From a virus (lineage: Duplodnaviria; Caudoviricetes), in the IMG/VR virus record IMGVR_UViG_2740892609_000001, positions 1,688 to 65,687 of that record: DNA of 64,000 nt. One strand, written 5' to 3'. The notes under the pieces are model-generated. The model did not search any database and was not told the origin of the DNA. It saw only the letters and a program-made list of their open reading frames with translations. Shown one piece after another: positions 57,597 to 64,000 of the stretch (positions are counted from its first letter, which is position 1; each line of letters starts with the position of its first letter). The position numbers were made by a program, and so were the translations under genes.

Positions 57597-58794
57597 GCAT
57601 CGCACCCCAGCTGAACAGCCGGTCATCGAGAGCACGGACGCACGGCTCGCTCTGCCACGGAGCGAGCCCTCGCCGAACCTCCCGCACCCGCTCCATGCCG
57701 GTCGCGTACCAGTGCGTCTCCAGCAGATCCAGGGCACGGACCGCGTAGTCGCAAGCCTCTTCCGGCTGGCCGGCCGCCACCTCGACGGCAGCGAGGTCAC
57801 CGAGGACGACCGTTCGCTGCTTGTCCGCGTCGGCCGGCAGATCGGCCAGGACGCCCAGCAGCGTCTCCCGGGCCTGCGGCAGATGCCCGGCACGCAGCTG
57901 GACGTTCCCCTTGAACGCCAACAGACGGACGGGGCTGAACCAGTCCATCCACTCCGGGGACGGCTCCTCGCGGCCGGCCGCCAGGACGTCCTCGCCGTGC
58001 GCGATCAGGTTCAGTGCGGTCCGCGTGTTGCCGCAGCGGGTCTCACACTCGGCCTCGACCGCGTCCAGCCACGCCAGCAGCTCCGCGGATGCCGGACCGC
58101 GGCGGGCTGATGTCCGGGCCATGGCCATCCGCTCCGCCGCGCCCGCCCGGTCACCCGCCCAGCCAGGGACGAACGCCGTGTGGGCGAGGATCGCCGCGCC
58201 GAGCAGCGCATCGTCCGCGTCGCCGGCAGCCTGCAGCGCGCGCAGCCACGTCTCCCGCGCCCGGCCCGGCTCGGACAGGTCGAAGAACTCGATGCGGCCG
58301 GCCAGGAGCCAGGACTCGGCGAGCGCCGACGCCACAGACTTGCGGATGACACCGGCCGTCGCGGGCAGCAGGGCGGCACCGAGCGTGGCGTGCGCCGCCA
58401 CCGCCGGATGCAGCGTGGCCGGCGCCACCGTCCAATACAGGCGCCGGTGGGCGCGGGTCACCGTGGCATAGGCGGAGGCCGCCGAAGCCGGTTGCGCGGC
58501 GTTCGGCACAGCCATCGGCGCCACCGGAGGCGTCCGAAGCACACGGCCCGCGTCGGTGCCCGAGGGAGCAGGGAAACCAAGATCTTCGATTGCGGTAACG
58601 TCGAGCAGGTCCATCAGCGCAAGCCGAAGATCAGGGGTCGGCAGCTGAGGGCTACTGGACTCCCAGCGGCGTACCTGGCGCTCACTGACGGCCAGCCCGC
58701 GGGCGGTCAGGGCGTCGGCGAGCTGCTGCTGCGAGCGGTATCCCGCTGCCTGACGCGCCGCCCTGAGGCGCGCATTGCCTAGCGGTCGGGACAT
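57577..58794 (-). CDS. XRE-HTH regulator with TPR-like helical C-terminus
   Basis: LRAARQAAGYRSQQQLADAL...VSERQVRRWES; helical repeats. Confidence 0.85.
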   Translation of the reverse strand: MSRPLGNARLRAARQAAGYRSQQQLADALTARGLAVSERQVRRWESSSPQLPTPDLRLALMDLLDVTAIEDLGFPAPSGTDAGRVLRTPPVAPMAVPNAAQPASAASAYATVTRAHRRLYWTVAPATLHPAVAAHATLGAALLPATAGVIRKSVASALAESWLLAGRIEFFDLSEPGRARETWLRALQAAGDADDALLGAAILAHTAFVPGWAGDRAGAAERMAMARTSARRGPASAELLAWLDAVEAECETRCGNTRTALNLIAHGEDVLAAGREEPSPEWMDWFSPVRLLAFKGNVQLRAGHLPQARETLLGVLADLPADADKQRTVVLGDLAAVEVAAGQPEEACDYAVRALDLLETHWYATGMERVREVRRGLAPWQSEPCVRALDDRLFSWGAMLSALAN

Positions 58795-58880
58795 CCCAAC
58801 CTCCATACGTCGTAGGGGCGGTGGCAAGTCTGGCAGCCGGGCCGCAACCAGGCCACGAATCACCCACACGAGACCTCAGA

Positions 58881-58943
58881 CGTCCGCAAAGCGGCCAACA
58901 AGAGGCCGCTTCATGTCCTCGTATCCCGTCCGCAAAGAGGCCA
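58881..58943. promoter_or_regulatory. Phased direct repeats in the divergent promoter
   Basis: CGTCCGCAAAG(C/A)GGCCA at 58881 and 58927; G(G/T)CC at about 11-bp period. Confidence 0.6.
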
Positions 58944-58985
58944 CGCTGTGCACCACCACTCGCCGCCGAGAGCAGGAGCACCGCT

Positions 58986-59297
58986 GTGGTCACAGACGAC
59001 CTACCAGACGTCGACACCGTCATCACGCAGACGCTGGTCCCCTACGGGAGGATGCCGTCCGCCGTCGAGGTGGCCCTGCTCACGGACCACCTGCTCACCT
59101 ACGGCCAGCAAGCCATTGCCCGGGTACAGCGCCTGCCCGAGGCTGACCAGCCGCCGTTCGCTGGCAGTCTGCGCGACTGGGAGTACCTGGTGGCTACGGG
59201 CCCGACGGACACGGCCGGCGTCGCGAACTGGACCTACGCCCGAGGCCTCGCCCGCGTCGTCCGAAACCTGTCGCACGGGCTACGGGCCGCCACCTAG
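58986..59297 (+). CDS. Small helical protein (DUF6415-like)
   Basis: AGGAG RBS; WTYARGLARVVRNL. Confidence 0.55.
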   Translation: MVTDDLPDVDTVITQTLVPYGRMPSAVEVALLTDHLLTYGQQAIARVQRLPEADQPPFAGSLRDWEYLVATGPTDTAGVANWTYARGLARVVRNLSHGLRAAT

Positions 59298-59348
59298 ACT
59301 CCCGCCCCTCCTGCTGCGGCGGCTACGGGAGGGGCGGGTATTTGACGG

Positions 59349-60119
59349 CTAGAGCGCCGTCACGAGGGCATCGAGGCCACCCCGGTCCCCACGCGTCCAC
59401 GGCCCAGTCACACTCCAGCCAGCAGCGTGCAGCGCCGCTTCGCAAACTGCGGGTCGCACCTCGCCCTGCGGGGCCGGCAGTGAGAGGAGGAGCAGGTTCT
59501 TGCCTTCGTCAAAATGCCCGCTGTACTGACGGACCTGCAGGTGAAGGCCATCCGGGCTGGTGTATGCCTCGGCTCGCAAGAGCGGCCGTGAGAACGGCTC
59601 CAGCGGCATGCCGGGGGTGAACGGGTTGAAGTCGCTGGGCGGATAGCCGTCGGCGCCCACGTCCCAGCGCTGCCGCCATAGACCATCGCCGACGAGCCGC
59701 CGAAGCAGCGCATTGAACTGCGTGACCACCTCGGGTTGGACGTGAGGCGGGCGGATCAGCCAGGCGAAGCCGCCAGGTCTCTCGACCGGCACGGCGATGC
59801 CTGGCGCGGGGAGCAGGCTTTCGGTTGCTGGGGTGAGGAGTTCCCAGCGGGCTTCGGCGATTCCCAGGCCTTGCGGAGGGAGTTCGAGGCGGGGTTGGCC
59901 TGGCACCCACACCTGTACCCAGCGATTGGCTGCCTCGGAAAGGATGTATTTGTGAGTTTCCGTCATGTAGTCGACGAAGGCTTGGCTGGCGCCGCCTCTG
60001 ACGATGCGGGTCACAGCGGTGCCCGGAGTTTCGGTGGTCTCGACGAGCCTGCCTTCGGGCAGGGCGTCGACGAGTTCGTAGTGGGAATCCGTGATCGGGT
60101 GTATCTCGTACTCGGGCAT
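59349..60119 (-). CDS. Hypothetical protein with an internally duplicated domain
   Basis: Two units ending RWVQVW and LWRQRW; downstream of an XRE gene. Confidence 0.6.
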   Translation of the reverse strand: MPEYEIHPITDSHYELVDALPEGRLVETTETPGTAVTRIVRGGASQAFVDYMTETHKYILSEAANRWVQVWVPGQPRLELPPQGLGIAEARWELLTPATESLLPAPGIAVPVERPGGFAWLIRPPHVQPEVVTQFNALLRRLVGDGLWRQRWDVGADGYPPSDFNPFTPGMPLEPFSRPLLRAEAYTSPDGLHLQVRQYSGHFDEGKNLLLLSLPAPQGEVRPAVCEAALHAAGWSVTGPWTRGDRGGLDALVTAL

Positions 60120-60146
60120 CGGCCCCCCAATGGCGCGCACACAAAA

Positions 60147-60162
60147 TCGAACACCTGTCCGG
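60147..60162. promoter_or_regulatory. Possible LexA box
   Basis: TCGAAC-ACCT-GTCCGG, 2 mismatches to consensus. Confidence 0.4.
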
Positions 60163-60228
60163 TCGATTGGCGTGTGGAGGCATCATGCCCGACTGTCCAA
60201 AATTCGACTACCGCCGAATGGGTCGCGA

Positions 60229-60636
60229 CTACGCCCCGTCAGCGCTGCTCGGGAAGGCGATGTCCATCAGCTGCCGCAGCCGGTCGCGCTCCTCGGCCGT
60301 CATGCGCTCGACGCGCTGCACCAGGGAGCGGACCTGCCCGTCCTCACTTTCGACGTTCTCCACGTCGTAGTACTGGGCCGCGGCGGCGTAGGCCACGGTC
60401 TTGTACGGCAGGTCCAACGCGACTGCAAGCCATTGCAGTTGGCGACGCGTCGGGTGCTTGGCGAGCGTGCCAGCCTCCAGCTTTTGGAACCAGGTTTTCC
60501 CGAGCGCAGGCATGCCTGTGTCGGGATCGAGGGTGCGCTGCTCCATGTCACGCAGGCTGAGTCCAGTGCGCTGGCGGTGAGCCTTGAGTAGATCCACGAG
60601 CTCGGTTCCGGTCGGCTGTTCGGGCATTGACTCCAC
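60229..60636 (-). CDS. XRE-family regulator
   Basis: GLSLRDMEQR...WFQKLE...LAVALDLP...AAAAQY. Confidence 0.8.
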   Translation of the reverse strand: MESMPEQPTGTELVDLLKAHRQRTGLSLRDMEQRTLDPDTGMPALGKTWFQKLEAGTLAKHPTRRQLQWLAVALDLPYKTVAYAAAAQYYDVENVESEDGQVRSLVQRVERMTAEERDRLRQLMDIAFPSSADGA

Positions 60637-60855
60637 CCCCGCGTTATTGAATCGTGACGCTGCTGCCGCGCTGCGTAGTCAACCCGGGCTCAGGGGTGTA
60701 CGCACGCTTGATTCCTTTAGTCCAGACCGGAGATTACCCGCGGCGACCCCAAATGGGAACGCTCGGGTCCGATCCGTGGACAACGCGATTCGGCCATGCC
60801 ATCCTGAATATGCCAACAGGCACCCGGCTCGGCGGGGCTGGATCCGCCTGCGTGA

Positions 60856-61086
60856 CTATGGCATGAGGTCTCTCGCCGGGAGGCGCAGGACGCGGGCGAG
60901 GCGGAGAAGCAGACTGAACTTCGGATCCGTCTTGCCGGCCTCAGTCTTTTGCAGGGTTGTCCGGTCGATCCCGGCCATCTCGGCCAACTTCTCCTGCGTG
61001 AGGTCCGCTTCCAGGCGGGCGTCGCGGATCCGATTGCCCAGGTCAATGCGGGCTTGAAGGATCCACGGAGGTGTAGCGGGCTGCAC
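60856..61086 (-). CDS. XRE-family HTH protein
   Basis: LGNRIRDARLEADLTQEKLAEMAGIDRTTLQKTEAG. Confidence 0.85.
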   Translation of the reverse strand: MQPATPPWILQARIDLGNRIRDARLEADLTQEKLAEMAGIDRTTLQKTEAGKTDPKFSLLLRLARVLRLPARDLMP

Positions 61087-61241
61087 CTACTAGACACTCA
61101 GACTTGAAGATCGTTTTGTCTGCGGGATATATCCCGCAATTTGTGATCAACGCCGCCACAGTCGGCGACCAGACGGCCGCGGGTGCAGCGGCGAGGGCCC
61201 CACTATCAGCGTGGTAGGGCGCGACAGGCATCCAGCGGCAA

Positions 61242-61283
61242 GGCGACCCCCCTCCGATGCATGGAGGGGGGGTCGCCGCTTTT
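61242..61283. terminator. GC-rich hairpin
   Basis: GGCGACCCCCCTCC...GGAGGGGGGGTCGCC followed by GCTTTT. Confidence 0.55.
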
Positions 61284-61471
61284 GGCCCCTGACCTGCAAC
61301 AACACCAAGATCCCTTGGGGGGATTTTAGGGGGCGGGACGCCGTAGCGACACTGCATGAGAGCGTAGCGAGGCTGCACTGACGCGTAGTCAAACTGCATA
61401 CAGATGCACGAAAGCCCAGGTGCAGATGGTTCTGACCTGGGCTTTCCCGACCTCCTTCGAGGTCAACGCGG

Positions 61472-61543
61472 TGGGCGTGGACGGTTTCGAACCGCCGACA
61501 TCTGCTTTGTAAGAGCAGCGCTCTACCCCTGAGCTACACACCC
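61472..61543 (-). tRNA. tRNA-Val(TAC), probable integration target
   Basis: GGGTGTG...CTGCT-CTTACAA-AGCAG...GGCGG-TTCGAAA-CCGTC-CACGCCC-A; CCA not encoded. Confidence 0.95.
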
Positions 61544-61648
61544 GTGGATGAGTGGACAGCCTACATGGCAGGCGCACCCCCCACGCAAACCCGCATCCGT
61601 GGGAGAGAATGGACCGGGGCATGGCGGAGGCGGTACGGGAGAGGGATT

Positions 61649-62893
61649 GTGACGACGGCATCCCGCAGGTGGTTCGGCGGGCGGGACGAGAGTCGGCGGG
61701 CGGATGCGCAGGCGGCGAAGGATGCCGCCGCGGCCGCGTTCTACGAGCTGGACACCGCGCAGCGGGATCTGCGGATCTCCATGGAGACCATCGCGGCCGC
61801 CGACGGGTCTCCCGCGGCGCGGCAGGCCGGGGAGGGGTTCGCCGCGCTCGGGCAGCGGATCGACCAGGTCAGCCACGTGTACATCGAGGCCGTCGACGCG
61901 CACGACCTCGACCGGGTGGACCTGGAGGGGTCCGTCGCCGCGCGGGCGCGGGAGCAGCTGACGCGGGCCCGCGACGAGCTGGTCCGGGTCAAGGGCGAGC
62001 TGGACCGCTTCGCCCAGGGGCTGCAGCCGCTGCTGGACAAGGCCGAGACGCAGCTGGCCCGGGTGGCGCCCGCGCGGGAGCGGGCGCGGGCGGCGCTGCT
62101 CGCGGCGAGCACGGCGCTGGACGACGTACGGGGCAAGGGGATGCGGGCCGACGAGTTCGCGGCGCGACTGGCCGCGCTCGGGCCCGAGCTGACCCTGCTG
62201 AACCAGGGCGCCGCGCAGCACGGGGTGCAGGAGACCATCCAGCGCGCGGACCGGATCCTGCGGGACGCGGAGGCGATACGGGCCGAGGTGGCGCGGCTCC
62301 CGGAGCGGGCCGCGGAGATCGACCGGCGGCTGGTGAGCCTGCGGACCCGGGCGCAGGCGCTGCGCAATCGGGCGGACCGGGTGGATCCGGTCCTCAGTGA
62401 GCTGCGCCGGCGGTTCAGTGCGGCGTGCTGGCAGGACCTGCAGCAGGTGCCGGATCAGGCCGTACGGGACGTGGCGCGGGCCGAGGAGCAGCTGAAGGAG
62501 GCCGCGCGGGCGCGCGAGGAGCAGCGCTGGGCGGACGTGTCGGCTTTGATCGAGTCGGTCCGGGGTGCGCTGGACGCCACCGACGAGGCGGTGTCTGCGG
62601 CGCAGGACCGGCTGTCGCGGCTGGAGGCGGTGGCGCGGGACCCGCAGGCGGAGGTGCAGCGGACCCGGTTCGCGATCCGGGATGCGCAGCGGCTGGCGAT
62701 GGAGGGCCGCAGTGTGCCCGATCCGCGGCACGCGCGGCCGCTGGACGAGTCGGTGGCGCGGATGGAACGGGCGCTCGCCGGGTTGGAGGAGCGGCATCCC
62801 GACTACTGGCATTTCCTTCAGGAGATGGAGCAGGTGCGGGCAGCCGTGGGGCGGGTCGTCTCCGACATCCGCGGCGGGCGCGGGAGCGGCTGA
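61649..62893 (+). CDS. Host coiled-coil hypothetical protein
   Basis: Long helical ORF; HPDYW motif; start uncertain. Confidence 0.8.
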   Translation: MTTASRRWFGGRDESRRADAQAAKDAAAAAFYELDTAQRDLRISMETIAAADGSPAARQAGEGFAALGQRIDQVSHVYIEAVDAHDLDRVDLEGSVAARAREQLTRARDELVRVKGELDRFAQGLQPLLDKAETQLARVAPARERARAALLAASTALDDVRGKGMRADEFAARLAALGPELTLLNQGAAQHGVQETIQRADRILRDAEAIRAEVARLPERAAEIDRRLVSLRTRAQALRNRADRVDPVLSELRRRFSAACWQDLQQVPDQAVRDVARAEEQLKEAARAREEQRWADVSALIESVRGALDATDEAVSAAQDRLSRLEAVARDPQAEVQRTRFAIRDAQRLAMEGRSVPDPRHARPLDESVARMERALAGLEERHPDYWHFLQEMEQVRAAVGRVVSDIRGGRGSG

Positions 62894-63027
62894 GGTCGGC
62901 TGAGGTCCACGTCGGCTGACGTCGGCCACCTCGGCCGACGCCGCCCGGGCCGGCCGAGGTCAAGGGGGTCCGCGCTTGTCGCGGAGGGGCCATCGGCGGA
63001 TGCTGGAGGTGGCTGGAATAGGAGGGC

Positions 63028-63732
63028 GTGATGGCTGCCCACACTTCGCACACCTCTCGTGAACCCGACGCACCCCCCGTGACCGCTCCGCACGCGGCCT
63101 ACGGGTGCCACGAACCGCACGAGCACTACGCGCCGTACGTGGCCCACGGGCCGATCGAGCTCCCCGCACCGCACGTCCCCTACCTGGTGCGGCGCATCGC
63201 ACGGCCCGTCAACACCCGGCTCGACGAGCACCTGCCCACCGACCACAAGCTCAGTAAGGTGTACCGGGTGGGCGCGGGCCTGATGGGGCTACTGCTGGTC
63301 GCCTTCGGGATCCTGGGCCTCATCGACCGGATCGGGTTCTTCGACACCGGTGGCGCCACTGTGATGGCGCTGAACACCAACGGCGCGCTGAGCGTCCTGT
63401 CGATCTGCATCGGGCTGCTGCTCTTCGTGGGGATGGTGATCGGCGGGAACTTCGCCTCCACCCTCAACATCGTGCTGGGGCTGGCCTTCATCGCCAGCGG
63501 GTTCGTGAATCTGGCCCTGCTGGACACCGGGCTGAACTTCCTGGCCTTCAAGATCCAGAACGTGCTGTTCAGCTTCGTCGTCGGCGTGATGCTGATGTGG
63601 TTCGGGATGTACGGGCGGGTGGGCAGCGCGCTGCCGCACGACAATCCGTACTGGCGGGCCCGCCACCCCGAGCAGGCCGCACGGGAGGACCGGGCCGCGG
63701 CAGCCGCCGGCAGGCTCAGCCACGGCTTCTAG
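63028..63732 (+). CDS. DUF4383-like membrane protein
   Basis: FGILG...LNTNGALS...NFLAF; four TMs; start uncertain. Confidence 0.8.
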   Translation: MMAAHTSHTSREPDAPPVTAPHAAYGCHEPHEHYAPYVAHGPIELPAPHVPYLVRRIARPVNTRLDEHLPTDHKLSKVYRVGAGLMGLLLVAFGILGLIDRIGFFDTGGATVMALNTNGALSVLSICIGLLLFVGMVIGGNFASTLNIVLGLAFIASGFVNLALLDTGLNFLAFKIQNVLFSFVVGVMLMWFGMYGRVGSALPHDNPYWRARHPEQAAREDRAAAAAGRLSHGF

Positions 63733-63734
63733 GT

Positions 63735-63766
63735 TTCTGGGCTTCTGGGCTTCTGGGCTTCTGGGC
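63735..63766 (+). repeat. Tandem repeat (TTCTGGGC)x4
   Basis: Read directly; intergenic. Confidence 0.9.
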
Positions 63767-63796
63767 CGCCGCCGCCCCTGTGGGTAGCCTGGGGCC

Positions 63797-64000
63797 ATGC
63801 CTCGTTACGAATTCCGCTGCCGGACCTGCGAAGACACCTTCGAGGTCAGCCGGCCCATGGCCGAGTCCTCCGCGCCCGCCGACTGCCCGGCCGGGCACGC
63901 CGACACCGTGAAGCTGCTCTCCGCCGTCGCCGTGGGCGGGACCAGCAGCGCCCCCGCCCCGTCCGGCGGGGGCTGCTGCGGTGGCGGAGGCTGCTGCTGA
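63797..64000 (+). CDS. FmdB-family zinc ribbon protein
   Basis: MPRYEFRCRTC...CPAGH...GGCCGGGGCC. Confidence 0.9.
   Translation: MPRYEFRCRTCEDTFEVSRPMAESSAPADCPAGHADTVKLLSAVAVGGTSSAPAPSGGGCCGGGGCC

Larger units (their letters stand above)
1..61471. mobile_element. Temperate siphovirus-like prophage (left end outside the window), integrated at the 3' end of tRNA-Val
   Basis: Canonical order of cI/cro, replication, terminase, portal, capsid, tail, tape measure and endolysin genes; ends next to the tRNA 3' end, after which host-type genes begin. Confidence 0.95.

Noticed and set aside
63727-63766. (TTCTGGGC)x4, and GTCGGCTGA-type repeats near 62890
   Set aside because: Simple host intergenic repeats with no evidence of function

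Overview
Positions 1 to about 61,470 are most of a temperate siphovirus-like prophage in a very GC-rich actinomycete, most likely Streptomyces. It lies immediately 3' of a tRNA-Val(TAC) gene (61472-61543, minus strand); the integrase and the other att site are presumably left of the window. Gene order is: immunity switch, early/recombination/replication genes with an iteron array, a ~10 kb insert, an SGNH/beta-helix tailspike, HNH-cos-terminase, head, tail, lysis, and a right-end accessory region. Three host genes follow the tRNA. The most notable feature is the insert (17.2-27.8 kb). It looks like a Streptomyces conjugative transfer/spread module: a GntR repressor with palindromic operators, Spd-like membrane proteins, two paralogous TraA-like helical proteins, a TraB-like FtsK/SpoIIIE ATPase and clt-like repeats. 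It has no replicon or integrase of its own, which suggests an integrated phage that can move both as a virion and by mycelial conjugation. The right end also carries a CCA-ended tRNA-like RNA with an expanded anticodon arm behind a DNA-damage-type promoter motif, a resolvase with a perfect res-like palindrome, LexA-like boxes and an XRE-TPR/HAD module. Nine apparent frameshifts all sit in C/G runs, so they are more likely sequencing errors than decay. All functional calls come from reading motifs and gene context by eye; no database searches were run.
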